64,000 nt of DNA from Alistipes sp. (GTDB lineage Bacteria; Bacteroidota; Bacteroidia; Bacteroidales; Rikenellaceae): positions 33,203-97,202 of the forward strand of contig JAFVRN010000001.1 in NCBI GenBank assembly GCA_017504265.1. Direction: 5' to 3'. The translations under genes and the position numbers were made by a program. Shown one piece after another: positions 50,175-61,452 of the stretch (positions are counted from its first letter, which is position 1; every line of letters begins with the position of its first letter). The notes below the pieces were generated by a model. The model ran no database searches. It was not told the origin of the DNA and saw only the letters and a list, made by a program, of their open reading frames with translations.

Positions 50175-51491
50175 TTACTTCATATAGCTTTTAATATAGT
50201 GGTGGTGCGAGCCGTAGCGGTTGAACGCTGCCTCGTCCAATGCCTCCTGTGCTGATGGGTGGGCAACAGAGATAATCAAACGTGCACGCTCCTGAAGGCT
50301 CTTACCATAGAGGTCTACCGCACCATTCTCGGTTACAAACCAGTGGATATGGTTACGTGTGGTTACGACACCTGCACCCTCGGTAAGAACATCCGAAATC
50401 TTCGATACACCCTTATTGGTGATTGAAGGCATAGCGATAATAGCCTTACCACCCTTCGAGAGTGATGCACCATAGATGAAGTCAATCTGACCACCTACAC
50501 CCGAGTAGAACTTACGTCCCAACGAGTCGGCACATACCTGACCGGTAATATCTACCTGCAATGCCGAGTTGATAGCCGTAACCTTGTCGTTCTTGGCGAT
50601 AACGAATGGATCGTTGGTATAGCCTACATCCATCATAAGTACGCCAGGGTTGTCATCGATGAAGTCGTACACCTTCTGCGAACCCATAAGGAATGTAGAT
50701 ACCATCTTACCCTTATCGATATTCTTCAAAGCACCATTGATTACGCCCTTCTCAACGAGTGGAAGTACGCCATCGGCGAACATCTCGGTATGCACACCGA
50801 GGTTCTTGTGGCCACCAAGCTGTGCGAGTACGGCGTTAGGAATAGCACCGATACCCATCTGCAAGGTTGCACCATCCTCGATAAGACCGGCACAGAGGTT
50901 ACCAATCTTTGTCTCAACCTCGTTAGGTGTAGTGAAGTGAGCCTCCTCCAATGGCTGATCGTCCTCAACAAAGAAGTTGATACGTGAGCTGTGAATCATA
51001 GCATCACCAAACGAACGAGGAACATACTTATTTACAACCGCGATAACATAATCGGCGCACTCTACGGCAGCCAATGTAGCATCTACCGACGTACCGAGTG
51101 ATACGTAACCATGCTTATCGGGGCGTGATACCTGAATCATAGCCACGTTACAAGGCACAGCACCCGAACGATAGAGCTTCTGCGTCTCGCTGAGGAAGAC
51201 TGGGATATAGTCAGCATAACCACTCTGCGTAACCTTACGCACGTTGCCACCTACGAAGAATGAATCGAGCTGGAATACACCCTCAAACTCGGGATCTGCA
51301 TAGGGTGCAGGGCCCTCGGTATGAAGGTGGTGGATGTGTACATCTTTAAGCTCGCCTGTACGGCCACGCTCACACATAGCCTTGATAAGGCACTGGGGAG
51401 CAGATGCTACTGAGCTAAGATGAATGTGATCGCCCGACTTGATGCACTTTACAGCCTCTTCGGGAGTGGTAAACTTAATCTGATGAATCAT
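50175..51491 (-). CDS. Acetyl-CoA hydrolase/CoA-transferase family protein
   Basis: GATLQMGIGAIP, catalytic HTEM, SGVGGQIDF, VTENG. Confidence 0.92.
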   Translation of the reverse strand: MIHQIKFTTPEEAVKCIKSGDHIHLSSVASAPQCLIKAMCERGRTGELKDVHIHHLHTEGPAPYADPEFEGVFQLDSFFVGGNVRKVTQSGYADYIPVFLSETQKLYRSGAVPCNVAMIQVSRPDKHGYVSLGTSVDATLAAVECADYVIAVVNKYVPRSFGDAMIHSSRINFFVEDDQPLEEAHFTTPNEVETKIGNLCAGLIEDGATLQMGIGAIPNAVLAQLGGHKNLGVHTEMFADGVLPLVEKGVINGALKNIDKGKMVSTFLMGSQKVYDFIDDNPGVLMMDVGYTNDPFVIAKNDKVTAINSALQVDITGQVCADSLGRKFYSGVGGQIDFIYGASLSKGGKAIIAMPSITNKGVSKISDVLTEGAGVVTTRNHIHWFVTENGAVDLYGKSLQERARLIISVAHPSAQEALDEAAFNRYGSHHHYIKSYMK

Positions 51492-51546
51492 TGTGTTTAA
51501 GTTTTATAGGTTTGTGTAATACTTAATGTTTTCTACAAATGGGTTA

Positions 51547-54258
51547 CTACTTGCGCTTAACCTCTACCTGCTCATAGCCCTCGATAATATCGCCAACCTT
51601 AATATCGTTGTACGACTCGATGTTAAGACCACAATCCTGACCTACGGTAACCTCCTTGACATCGTCCTTGAAGCGACGCAACGAGCCGAGCTTACCGGTG
51701 TAGATGACAATACCGTCGCGGATGACACGTATAGGTGTATTACGCTGCATCTTACCCTCACGCACAACACATCCTGCTACTGTACCCACCTTCGATATCT
51801 TGAAGGTCTCCAACACCTCCGTAGAGCATACTATCTCCTCCTTCATCACAGGCTCCAACATACCCTCGATAGCATCCTTAATCTCGTTGATAGCATCGTA
51901 GATGATAGAGTAAAGACGGATATCGATCTGCTCCTTCTCGGCAGCCTTACGTGCTGCGGCAGAAGGACGCACCTGGAAACCTACGATAATGGCATTAGAA
52001 GCTGCTGCAAGCAATACGTCCGACTCCGAAATCTGACCTACGGCCGAGTGGATGACATTCACCTGCACGCTCTCCTTCGACAGCTTGATAAGCGAACCCG
52101 ACATAGCCTCTACCGAGCCATCCACATCACCCTTAACGATGATGTTAAGCTCCTTGAACGAGCCGATGGCAATACGACGACCAATCTCGTCGAGCGTCAC
52201 GTGCTTCTGCGTCATAATACCCTGCATACGCTGCAACTGCTCACGCTTGTTGGCAATCTCACGTGCCGAGCGGTCATCCTCCATAACGTTGAAGGTATCA
52301 CCGGCCTGCGGAGCACCGTTAAGACCAAGCACCTGTACAGGTGTCGAAGGACCGGCCTCGGTAACCTTATTTCCATTCTCGTCGAACATAGCCTTGACAC
52401 GACCCGTATATGTTCCCGAAAGCAATACGTCACCTACACGCAATGTTCCATTCTGCACAAGGATTGTAGCTACATAACCACGACCCTTATCGAGCATCGA
52501 CTCGATAACGGCACCCGTAGCACGACGGTTGGGGTTGGCCTTCAATTCGAGCATCTCCGCTTCGAGAAGCACCTTTTCGAGGAGCTTGTCGAGGTTCATA
52601 CCCTTCTTTGCCGACACCTCCTGACACTGATACTTACCGCCCCAATCCTCCACGAGGTAGTTCATCTGCGATAGCTGCTCACGGATATGATCGGCATTAG
52701 CCTGAGGCTTATCCATCTTGTTGATAGCAAATACCATAGGTACACCTGCCGCCGAGGCATGGTTGATAGCCTCCACGGTCTGAGGCATCACGCTATCGTC
52801 GGCAGCGACGATGATGATAGCCACGTCGGTCATCTTGGCACCACGAGCACGCATCGCAGTAAAGGCCTCGTGACCCGGGGTATCGAGGAACGTGATCTTC
52901 TCGCCGTTAAGCTCCACCGAGTAGGCACCGATATGCTGTGTGATACCACCTGCCTCACCCGCTGTAACGTTTGTCTTACGTATATTATCCAGAAGCGATG
53001 TTTTACCATGGTCTACGTGACCCATAACCGTAACCACAGGAGGACGTGACACGAGCTCCTCGGCACTATCCTCATCGCTCTCGATGGCCTCCTGTATCTC
53101 CACCGATACAAACTCCACGGTAAAGCCGAACTCCTCGGCAACAACCACCAAGGCCTCGGCATCAAGACGCTGGTTGATAGATACCATCAGACCGAGATTC
53201 ATACATGCCGAGATGACCTCCATAGGCGATACGTTCATCATCGTAGCCAGCTCACTTACAGTTACGAACTCCGTAACTTTAAGTACGCTGCGCTCCATCT
53301 CCTCGCGTTCGATCTCCTCGTTCATGCGCTCACGAACCTCCTCACGCTTCTCCTTACGATACTTCGCACCCTTAGACTTTGTACCCTTGGCCGTAAGACG
53401 TGCCAAGGTATCCTTAATCTGCTTCTGTACCTCCTCGTCCGACACCTCAGGACGTACGATAGGCTTAGGCTGCTGCTTCTGTTTCTTCTGCTTCTTGGGA
53501 TTAGGCTGCTGAGGCTGACCGCCATTCTGGCTATTACCGCCACGCTGTGCATTGTCACCCTTATTGCCGCCCTTCTCCTGCTTACCGCCATTCTTACCGG
53601 CCTTGGCAACATCCACCTTCTCCTTCTCAAGACGCTTACGCTTATGCTTGCCTCCGGGGACCATATTAGATACATCCATCGTACCGAGAATCTTAGGCCC
53701 GCCAAGCTGCTCTACCTGTGGTCGGAAGACGCTGTCATGCTTAGGCTTGTCGGCCTCCTCTACAGGCACAGCCTCAGGCTTTGGCTCAGGTTTGGGTTCC
53801 GGCTTAGGCTCAGGTTTTGGCTCAGGCTTAGGTTCTGGTTTTGGCTCAGGTTTTGGCTCAGGCTTGGGTTCTGGTTTAGGTTCTGACTTAGCCACCTCTT
53901 TCTTAGCATCGAGGTCTATCTTACCCAAAATCTTGGGGCCGCGCACCTCATCCTTGACGCTGATGACATTGCTCTTTATCACCACCTCATCCTCGTCGTC
54001 ATCGTGCTGCGACTGTGTAGATATGCTCACCGAGCCCTTCTGCTGTATTCGCTCACGAATAGCATTGCGCTCATTGCCCGACTGACGGTTACGGCCAAAC
54101 TCCTTCTCCAATACGGCATATACATCGGCCGATACCGGTGACGAAGGCGAACAGTCACTTTGCAGGCCTTTGCGCTGCAGGAACTCGGCGAGGGTATTGA
54201 AACCTACCTTAAACTCCTTAGCAACCTGTATAAGCCTTATCTTTTTACTGTTATCCAT
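51547..54258 (-). CDS. infB: Translation initiation factor IF-2
   Basis: [20 protein letters not shown]; located after nusA. Confidence 0.97.
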   Translation of the reverse strand: MDNSKKIRLIQVAKEFKVGFNTLAEFLQRKGLQSDCSPSSPVSADVYAVLEKEFGRNRQSGNERNAIRERIQQKGSVSISTQSQHDDDEDEVVIKSNVISVKDEVRGPKILGKIDLDAKKEVAKSEPKPEPKPEPKPEPKPEPKPEPKPEPKPEPKPEPKPEAVPVEEADKPKHDSVFRPQVEQLGGPKILGTMDVSNMVPGGKHKRKRLEKEKVDVAKAGKNGGKQEKGGNKGDNAQRGGNSQNGGQPQQPNPKKQKKQKQQPKPIVRPEVSDEEVQKQIKDTLARLTAKGTKSKGAKYRKEKREEVRERMNEEIEREEMERSVLKVTEFVTVSELATMMNVSPMEVISACMNLGLMVSINQRLDAEALVVVAEEFGFTVEFVSVEIQEAIESDEDSAEELVSRPPVVTVMGHVDHGKTSLLDNIRKTNVTAGEAGGITQHIGAYSVELNGEKITFLDTPGHEAFTAMRARGAKMTDVAIIIVAADDSVMPQTVEAINHASAAGVPMVFAINKMDKPQANADHIREQLSQMNYLVEDWGGKYQCQEVSAKKGMNLDKLLEKVLLEAEMLELKANPNRRATGAVIESMLDKGRGYVATILVQNGTLRVGDVLLSGTYTGRVKAMFDENGNKVTEAGPSTPVQVLGLNGAPQAGDTFNVMEDDRSAREIANKREQLQRMQGIMTQKHVTLDEIGRRIAIGSFKELNIIVKGDVDGSVEAMSGSLIKLSKESVQVNVIHSAVGQISESDVLLAAASNAIIVGFQVRPSAAARKAAEKEQIDIRLYSIIYDAINEIKDAIEGMLEPVMKEEIVCSTEVLETFKISKVGTVAGCVVREGKMQRNTPIRVIRDGIVIYTGKLGSLRRFKDDVKEVTVGQDCGLNIESYNDIKVGDIIEGYEQVEVKRK
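53776..53883 (-). repeat. Coding 12-bp repeat, 9x EPKP in the IF-2 N-terminal region
   Basis: Degenerate codons GARCCNAARCCN. Confidence 0.85.
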
Positions 54259-54336
54259 CTATATCTCCTTTCGTTTATTATTCGTTATCTAAAAATGAGT
54301 AGCGTCGGCCACTCTGCAAAGCCTTATGGCGCTTTG

Positions 54337-55569
54337 CTACTCCTCGAACTCGGCTTTGAGGATGGCTACAACAGCCTCTGCCTGCTCCACTTCAAGGTCG
54401 GCACGCTGTGCTATCTCCTCTACCGACAACTCCAACACGCTCTTAGCCGTGTCGCAGCCTGCACTTTTGAGGGCATCGATAATCCAGCCTTCGATCTCGT
54501 CGGCAAACTCCGTTAGAGCCACATCCTCCTCCTCAATCTCACGGTATACATCGATATCGTATCCTGTGAGCAACTTCGATAGACGGATGTTAAGACCGCC
54601 CTTACCGATAGCCAATGACACCTCCTCGGGCTTGAGATATACCGAAGCTGTCTTGCGCTCCTCGTCGATAGTGATTGAGGATATCTTCGCGGGATTCAAC
54701 GAACGCTGTATCATCAACGATGTATTAGCCGTGTAGTTTACCACGTCTATATTCTCGTTGCGCAGCTCCTTGACGATGGTGTATATACGAGAGCCCTTCA
54801 TACCCACACAAGCACCTACCGGATCGATACGATCGTCATACGACTCTACGGCAACCTTGGCACGCTCGCCCGGGATGCGGGCAATCTTCTTGATAGTGAT
54901 AAGACCATCGTAGATCTCGGGCACCTCCTGCTCGAAAAGACGCTCCAAGAACTGGTTGTCGGTACGAGATAGGATGATGCGTGGCTGGTTGTTGTTCATC
55001 TCCACAGACTTTACGATAGCCTTGATTGTATCGCCCTTGCGATAGAAGTCGTTGGGAATCTGCTCACCCTTTGGCAACACGAGGTCGTTATCCTCATCGT
55101 CACGCACCAAAACCTCCTTCTTCCATACCTGGTATACCTCGCCTGAGATTATCTCGCCCACCTTCTCCGAATACTTCTCGAAAAGTGCCGCCTTCTCCAA
55201 ATCGAGAATGCGCGATGCGAGGTTCTGACGCAACGACAATACGGCACGACGACCGAACTTCGTCATATCGATTTGGTCTACATACTCGTCACCAATCTCG
55301 TATGTGGCATCGATAGCCTTGACATCCGAAAGAGATATTTCGGTATTCTCGTTCTCTACTGCGCCATCCTCCACTACGGTACGATTGCGCCAGATTTCGA
55401 GGTCACCTTTCTCCGGATTGATGATAACATCAAAGTTCTCGTCACTCTCGAACTGCTTCTGCAATGCGTGACGGAACACATCCTCCAACACACCTATGAG
55501 TGTTGTGTTGTCGATGCTCTTCAACTCTTTGAACTCAGCAAAGTTGCTGATAAGATTAACGTACTTCAT
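54337..55569 (-). CDS. nusA: Transcription factor NusA
   Basis: RIPGERAKVAV, DPVGACVGMKGSRI, LAIGKGGLN. Confidence 0.97.
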   Translation of the reverse strand: MKYVNLISNFAEFKELKSIDNTTLIGVLEDVFRHALQKQFESDENFDVIINPEKGDLEIWRNRTVVEDGAVENENTEISLSDVKAIDATYEIGDEYVDQIDMTKFGRRAVLSLRQNLASRILDLEKAALFEKYSEKVGEIISGEVYQVWKKEVLVRDDEDNDLVLPKGEQIPNDFYRKGDTIKAIVKSVEMNNNQPRIILSRTDNQFLERLFEQEVPEIYDGLITIKKIARIPGERAKVAVESYDDRIDPVGACVGMKGSRIYTIVKELRNENIDVVNYTANTSLMIQRSLNPAKISSITIDEERKTASVYLKPEEVSLAIGKGGLNIRLSKLLTGYDIDVYREIEEEDVALTEFADEIEGWIIDALKSAGCDTAKSVLELSVEEIAQRADLEVEQAEAVVAILKAEFEE

Positions 55570-55680
55570 CTTGTTGTATATTTTATTTTAGTTTTTGTTT
55601 ACTTCCACGATATCCGGCCATAGGAGCGCGATTATACACCTTGGATATAGTCTATTACCATATAACCCTACCTGCCACCT

Positions 55681-56148
55681 CTATTTGAAATCCAAATACT
55701 CTTTGACATACTTTATCTCCTCCCACGCATAGCTCTTGGTCACCTGCACCGTCTGCTTACGCTTCTTACCCTCCAAGAGCTGCTTCTCCTCGTAGGAGAT
55801 GGCTATACCCTCCGCGTTGGCATCGTCGAGCTTCGCAAGTATCTTTATGCCATCACGTAACAACACCTCTACCGACGAGCCGAGAATCTTATGATACTGA
55901 CGTAATAGTTTAAGCTCCGAGCCTATACCTGCCGAGGCAACCATCAACGAATAGTCCTCGACCTCTCGGTCGAGCTCTGCCTCGATAGCGCGGTTAAGCG
56001 CAGCACAATCCTCCAACTTTACTGCCGTATCGCTGTCTATGAGCAGCTCTATCTCGCCCATAGGCGTAGACTTACACTCCACGACGAACATATCGCTACC
56101 CGCCAAATGACGCTCGGCAATCTCTATAACTTTATTAGTATCAATCAT
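55681..56148 (-). CDS. rimP: Ribosome maturation factor RimP
   Basis: LEDCAALNRAI...LDREVEDYSLMVASAG; first gene of the rimP-nusA-infB operon. Confidence 0.9.
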   Translation of the reverse strand: MIDTNKVIEIAERHLAGSDMFVVECKSTPMGEIELLIDSDTAVKLEDCAALNRAIEAELDREVEDYSLMVASAGIGSELKLLRQYHKILGSSVEVLLRDGIKILAKLDDANAEGIAISYEEKQLLEGKKRKQTVQVTKSYAWEEIKYVKEYLDFK

Positions 56149-56204
56149 ATAGCGTTTAATATTTTTCCTGTACAAACGTAATATCGTTCGTTTTCGATAC
56201 GAAA

Positions 56205-56226
56205 TAAGGGGACTCCCGTCCCCTTA
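56205..56226 (-). promoter_or_regulatory. rimP-leader-like hairpin
   Basis: TAAGGGGAC-GGGA-GTCCCCTTA followed by TTT, downstream of promoter TACATTTG (56246-56253, -). Confidence 0.65.
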
Positions 56227-56395
56227 CTACCACTCAATTACGCCACAAATGTACGCTTTTTTTTTGTTTTATACAATATATATAAGGTATTTTTTTGCCA
56301 ACAGCATATTTACACACGAGATTTTAGACTTCTTTAGCATTGTTTCATTTATTTTCTTACCTTTGCACTTACATTACTTCAAAACAAAATAAACT

Positions 56396-57211
56396 ATGTC
56401 AGTTGAAAGTTCGGTAAGAGCAGTTACCACACTTCGCCTTACGGAGATGAAGCAGCGCGGCGAGAAGATTGCCATGCTTACGTCATACGACTACTCAATG
56501 GCCAAGATTGTCGATCAGGCCGGCATCGATGTTATACTCGTGGGCGACTCGGCGGCCAATGTTATGGCAGGCTTCGAGACAACACTCCCCATAACCCTCG
56601 ATATGATGATATATCACGCCAAGTCGGTGGTGCGTGCTACGAAGCGCGCCCTGGTTGTGGTAGACCTACCTTTCGGTCACTATCAGGGTAACTCCAAGGT
56701 GGCTCTCGACTCAGCAGTGCGCATCATGAAGGAGACCGAAGCAGATGCCGTGAAGCTCGAAGGTGGCGAGGAGATATTGGAATCGGTAAACAGAATCCTC
56801 TCGGCAGGCATCCCCGTTATGGGACACCTCGGTCTAACACCGCAATCGATACATAAGTTTGGAACATATAACGTGCGTGCCAAGGATGAAGCCGAGGCCA
56901 CAAAATTGGTACGTGACGCACATCTGTTAGAGGAGGCAGGATGCTTCGCCATAGTCCTGGAGAAGATACCTGCAACGCTGGGTAAACGAGTATCCGAGGA
57001 GTTGCATATCCCGACTATCGGCATTGGTGCGGGAGGTGCTACGGATGGCCAGGTACTTGTAGCACACGATATGCTCGGCATAACACAGGCCTTCTCGCCA
57101 CGTTTCCTGCGTCGCTATGCCGATCTTGGCACTATCATCTCCGAGGCCGTAGGCCACTACGTGGACGATGTCAAGAGCCGCGACTTCCCCAACGAGAAGG
57201 AGCAATACTAA
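56396..57211 (+). CDS. panB: 3-methyl-2-oxobutanoate hydroxymethyltransferase
   Basis: [30 protein letters not shown]. Confidence 0.96.
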   Translation: MSVESSVRAVTTLRLTEMKQRGEKIAMLTSYDYSMAKIVDQAGIDVILVGDSAANVMAGFETTLPITLDMMIYHAKSVVRATKRALVVVDLPFGHYQGNSKVALDSAVRIMKETEADAVKLEGGEEILESVNRILSAGIPVMGHLGLTPQSIHKFGTYNVRAKDEAEATKLVRDAHLLEEAGCFAIVLEKIPATLGKRVSEELHIPTIGIGAGGATDGQVLVAHDMLGITQAFSPRFLRRYADLGTIISEAVGHYVDDVKSRDFPNEKEQY

Positions 57212-57263
57212 GCTATTGTTAGCTATTGTGTTATAGCTACATATATCGCAACACACCCATACT

Positions 57264-57298
57264 AAGAGTGCGCATCCTATTTGGATTGCGCACTCTTT
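57264..57298. terminator. Bidirectional hairpin overlapping the end of the convergent gene
   Basis: AAGAGTGCGCA/TGCGCACTCTT. Confidence 0.65.
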
Positions 57299-57957
57299 GT
57301 CGTTATTAGCACCACACCATTGGCACCTCTGAAACCATACATATTGGCACCTTTGAGAATCTCCACACTCTCGACATCCGCAACGTTTATATGGCGAGGA
57401 TTTATCTCTTGTCCATCGCACAATATAAGAATTGCCGATGAACTGTTTATCGAACCTTGACCATAAAGACACAACTCGCCATTTACCATACGCAGCTGAG
57501 GCGCGCACACCAGCAGTGCATCTATAATATTGCTATGGCCCGTAGCTCGCAGCCTTTCACCCGATATTCCCGATGAGAAATCTATCTTCTCCCTACGCTT
57601 GACATAGCCGTAGCCTATATCGGCAAGCTCGTCGGACTCACTGCTGCTACGCACCGCCATGCTCTCGTCCAGGGTTATGGCGATACTGCGGTAGCCTGCA
57701 ACGGGGATAAGCAACTCGCGTCGCTTAACCACAACACGCAGCGTGTCATCCACCGAGATGTCGGTAAGACCAAAACGACCCTTACCATCGGAGTATGTCA
57801 GTTTATCGCTACCCACAACCTCGATGCGAGCCTTAACACCACGTCCATCATGACTCTGAATAAGACCATTAAAGGGCACACCCTCCTCGTTTTGCTGAGC
57901 TACGACAATACCCACCGAGAGTAGCATCATAGAGCAAAGTATCGTAATCTTGCGCAT
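57277..57957 (-). CDS. Small exported protein with carboxypeptidase-regulatory-like and TonB-receptor plug domains
   Basis: DIGYG, DVESVEILKG, YGFRGANGVVLITTK; no barrel domain. Confidence 0.8.
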   Translation of the reverse strand: MRKITILCSMMLLSVGIVVAQQNEEGVPFNGLIQSHDGRGVKARIEVVGSDKLTYSDGKGRFGLTDISVDDTLRVVVKRRELLIPVAGYRSIAITLDESMAVRSSSESDELADIGYGYVKRREKIDFSSGISGERLRATGHSNIIDALLVCAPQLRMVNGELCLYGQGSINSSSAILILCDGQEINPRHINVADVESVEILKGANMYGFRGANGVVLITTKSAQSK

Positions 57958-58106
57958 AGCTTAATTATTTACGGTTTTTCAAGCACAAGATAGTAATTTT
58001 TAGGTAAATATTAGAATATTACAGATAAAATCGTTATTTCTTAAAAAAATTTATTATCTTTGCGGTAGTTAATTCGACAAGTTCTAACATAAAAATAAAA
58101 TAGATT

Positions 58107-59339
58107 ATGAAAGAGGCTATTGCAATTCTTACGGGTGGCGGTCCAGCCCCCGGTATGAACACCGTTGTCGGCAGTGTTGCCAAGACATTCTTGGCTAAGG
58201 GTTATCGTGTAATCGGTCTTCACTATGGCTATTCGGGACTATTCAACCCCAATCCACGCTTCGAGGACCTCGATATGTTCCGTGTAGACTACATCTTCAA
58301 TCAGGGTGGTTCGTACCTTACCATGAGCCGTTTCAAGCCAACAGACGAGGATTTCGAGAAGAACTTCAACCTCGACTTCTTCAAGACCAACAACATCAAG
58401 TTGCTTGTTACGGTAGGTGGTGACGATACCGCATCTACGGCAAACCGCATTGCCAAGTTCTTGGAGGCTAAGCAATACCCTATTGCCAATATCCACGTAC
58501 CAAAGACTATCGACAATGACCTTCCACTACCCGCAGGAATGCCGACATTCGGCTATCAGTCGGCTAAGAATGCCGGTTCGGTAATTGGTCGTGCCGTATA
58601 TAACGATGCTCGCACCTCGGCCAACTGGTTTGTGGTAGCTGCCATGGGTCGCTCAGCAGGTCACCTTGCCTTCGGCATTGCTTCAGCCTGCCACTACCCT
58701 ATGATTATCATCCCCGAGATGTTCAACAAGACAAAGATTACCATCGACAAGATCATCAACCTAATCGTTTCGGCTATTATCAAGCGTAAGATTATGGGTA
58801 TGGACTATGGTGTTGCCATGGTATCGGAGGGTGTATTCCACTCACTCGACCAGGAGGAGATACTCAAGTCGGGCATCCACTTCTCGTACGACGACCACGG
58901 ACACCCCGAGCTGGGTAAGGTATCCAAGGCCGAGATGTTCAACACATTGCTCGAGAAGAAGTGTAAGGCATTGGGTATCAAGGTTAAGTCTCGCCCCGTA
59001 GAGATTGGCTACGAGGTACGCTGCCAGACTCCATGTGCATTTGACTTGGTATACTGCTCACAGCTCGGTATGGGTGTATACAAGCTCTTCTCGGAGGGCA
59101 AGACCGGCTGTATGGTTTACATCAGTCAGGAGGGCTACGTATCGCCGCTATACCTCAAAGACTTGCAGGACCCCGAGACAGGCAAGATTCCTCCTCGTTT
59201 GGTCGATATCAATGCCGATAAGATCCACCAGGTTATCGACAACCTTATGCACTACATCACACCTGCCGATTACGAGGCAGCTAAGGCATATGTCGAGAAC
59301 CCCGAGGAGTTCGACTTCAAGAAGATTCTCAACTGGTAA
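58107..59339 (+). CDS. 6-phosphofructokinase with PPi-type signature
   Basis: TGGGPAPGMN, GGDDT, PKTIDND, MGR. Confidence 0.9.
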   Translation: MKEAIAILTGGGPAPGMNTVVGSVAKTFLAKGYRVIGLHYGYSGLFNPNPRFEDLDMFRVDYIFNQGGSYLTMSRFKPTDEDFEKNFNLDFFKTNNIKLLVTVGGDDTASTANRIAKFLEAKQYPIANIHVPKTIDNDLPLPAGMPTFGYQSAKNAGSVIGRAVYNDARTSANWFVVAAMGRSAGHLAFGIASACHYPMIIIPEMFNKTKITIDKIINLIVSAIIKRKIMGMDYGVAMVSEGVFHSLDQEEILKSGIHFSYDDHGHPELGKVSKAEMFNTLLEKKCKALGIKVKSRPVEIGYEVRCQTPCAFDLVYCSQLGMGVYKLFSEGKTGCMVYISQEGYVSPLYLKDLQDPETGKIPPRLVDINADKIHQVIDNLMHYITPADYEAAKAYVENPEEFDFKKILNW

Positions 59340-59359
59340 CAGACTGTATACCACAATAG

Positions 59360-59392
59360 TAGAGGAGCACTTCATAATGAAGTGCTCCTCTA
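59360..59392. terminator. Hairpin after pfk
   Basis: TAGAGGAGCACTTCAT/ATGAAGTGCTCCTCTA. Confidence 0.75.
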
Positions 59393-59572
59393 TTGTTATG
59401 CTCTTTTACCTAAAGAGCCTACGAGCCACAAAGGCATCGTACTCGGCAACAAGGCTGTTCAAAAAAAATGTTCGCAAATATACAAATATTATAAAAAAAT
59501 GCCACTTTAACCGAGGTTATAGCAGCATTTCTACATTTAGCGAAAACAGACTATTTCGTATATTGGCCAATA

Positions 59573-60793
59573 CTATTTCGCTCTATCCACTTTTAATAGT
59601 GAGGAGTCGCCATAGCTTAGAAAACGGAAGTCGTGAGATAGAGCATAGTCATATATCCTATGCCAATCCTCTCCCACGTATGCCCCGACCAAGAGCAGTA
59701 GCGTAGATTTAGGCTGGTGGAAATTCGTCACGATATATCGCACGATGCGAAAACGATATCCAAGCGGCGTTATCATTATCTGCGTGGCAGCCTTAAGCTG
59801 TTCGATATTGTTACTGCGCATATAGTCGGCAAGTGTTGTAAGCGCATCATATCCCAAGAAGTCGGCAGGTATGTCGTATAACTCCCACTGTCCTATAACC
59901 CTATCTGTGGCAGGCGTTCCCTCCTGACGTATACGCCACGCAAGGGCACTTAACGACTCTAAGGTGCGTACCGAGGTTGTGCCAACAGCTACAACTCTAT
60001 CTCTATTGGCAAGCAATCGCTCGATACTCTGGCGCGTTACGGCAAAATGCTCGGTATGCATGGGGTGTTGTGCCGCATCCTCATCCTTTACAGGAAGGAA
60101 TGTACCCGCACCAACGTGTAGCGTAACCTCCTCGAAGCCAAAACCCCGACTACGCATATCGTCTATCAGCTCGGGGGTGAAGTGCAGACCCGCGGTAGGT
60201 GCAGCCACCGAGCCTTCGTAGCGCGCATAGACAGTCTGATAACGGGTGTTATCTATCTCCTCGCTCTCACGATTGAGATATGGCGGAATAGGAATACGCC
60301 CCAACGCCTCTAACAACTCTCCAAAAGAGCAATCTGCCGACCAACGCATACGCACGATATGTTCACGTGTGCCGCGCTCGACAATCTCGGCACGGAGGCT
60401 GTGTTGCTCACCGCGATAGTCGAAGTCGATACCTATCTCGCCCTCTTTCCACTTCTTGAGATTGCCTACGATACAGCTCCACTCACTCCGGCCACGCTGC
60501 GCAAAGGCACGCTCATAGTCTGCCGGATTGTGCGGCTCAAGACAGAATACCTCGATACGTGCCCCCGATGCCTTGTGCATAACGATACGGGCACGCACCA
60601 CACGCGTATTGTTAAATACAAGTGTAGCACCCTCGGGCAGATAGTCAGCAATAGAGCCAAAGCGGCTATCGCTAATCTCCCCATTGTCATATATAAGCAG
60701 CTTCGACGACGAACGTTCGGCCAAAGGGAACTTGGCTATACGCTCATCCGCAAGCTCGTAGTTGTAGTCGTTTATATCTATATGTCGTTCCAT
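59573..60793 (-). CDS. queA: S-adenosylmethionine:tRNA ribosyltransferase-isomerase
   Basis: Start MERHIDINDYNYEL; VAAPTAGLHF, LHVGAGTF, TNFHQPKST, FLSYGD. The longer ORF-track version reads through a repeat. Confidence 0.95.
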   Translation of the reverse strand: MERHIDINDYNYELADERIAKFPLAERSSSKLLIYDNGEISDSRFGSIADYLPEGATLVFNNTRVVRARIVMHKASGARIEVFCLEPHNPADYERAFAQRGRSEWSCIVGNLKKWKEGEIGIDFDYRGEQHSLRAEIVERGTREHIVRMRWSADCSFGELLEALGRIPIPPYLNRESEEIDNTRYQTVYARYEGSVAAPTAGLHFTPELIDDMRSRGFGFEEVTLHVGAGTFLPVKDEDAAQHPMHTEHFAVTRQSIERLLANRDRVVAVGTTSVRTLESLSALAWRIRQEGTPATDRVIGQWELYDIPADFLGYDALTTLADYMRSNNIEQLKAATQIMITPLGYRFRIVRYIVTNFHQPKSTLLLLVGAYVGEDWHRIYDYALSHDFRFLSYGDSSLLKVDRAK

Positions 60794-60858
60794 GGGCGCA
60801 AAGATAGTTAAAAATAGGTAATTAGTAGCTCCGTAAAAGGGAATTGTTACAGAGCAAA

Positions 60859-61451
60859 GCCTTTGTGTTGCAGGGCTGCGCCCTGCCACTGCGAAGCAGT
60901 GTGGGTCAGATGGGTTAGATGGGTCCAATGGGTTAGATGGGGATTTTTCCCACAGAGCACACCGAACCCATAGAGCCCATAGAACCCACTGAACCCATAG
61001 AACCCACCGAACCCACAGAACCCACAGAACCCATAGAACCCACTGAACCCATAGAACCCATAGAACCCATAGAACCCACAGAACCCATAGAACCCACCAA
61101 ACCCATAGAACCCACAAAACCCACTGAACCCACTGAACCCATAGAACCCACCACACTCGGGATAATCAGCGGTTAAACCCCAATTTTTGTCAGAAGGGTG
61201 CCGAGTGCCACACTCGGCAAAAATGGCGACGATGGGTAGTACTTAGACGTACGTCCCATTGTCGCCATTTTTTGTTAGGGGCCGCAATCGACCCCTTATC
61301 ACAAAAATCCCAATCAGCGGTTATACCCTAATTTTTGTCAGAGCGGTGCAGTAGTGGCGCTGACACGAGAAAGGGCGGATGGGACATACTAAGCGTATTT
61401 CCCATTCGCCCTTTGGACTGAAGCGTCGCTAATGCGCCGCTATCACAAAAA
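60859..61451 (-). repeat. Mosaic repeat copy 6 (inverted): GCAGGGC palindrome, 22-unit 9-mer array (60952-61149), linker, tandem hairpins H-B (61184-61307) and H-C (61332-61451)
   Basis: Both hairpins are preceded by AATCAGCGGTTAWACCCYAA and bounded by TTTTTGTCAGA...TATCACAAAAA. Confidence 0.92.
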
Positions 61452-61452
61452 T

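Noticed and set aside
51526-52674. 382-aa antisense ORF and many similar shadow ORFs opposite housekeeping genes
   Set aside because: Antisense to infB and other genes; explained by codon bias, with no motifs or start signals.
60794-61156. 121-aa N-terminal extension of QueA in the ORF track
   Set aside because: Read-through of mosaic repeat 6; a promoter box sits just before ATG 60793.
61184-61451. Canonical integron attC array
   Set aside because: Lacks RYYYAAC/GTTRRRY core sites, no integrase is present, and the neighbours are housekeeping genes with their own promoters.
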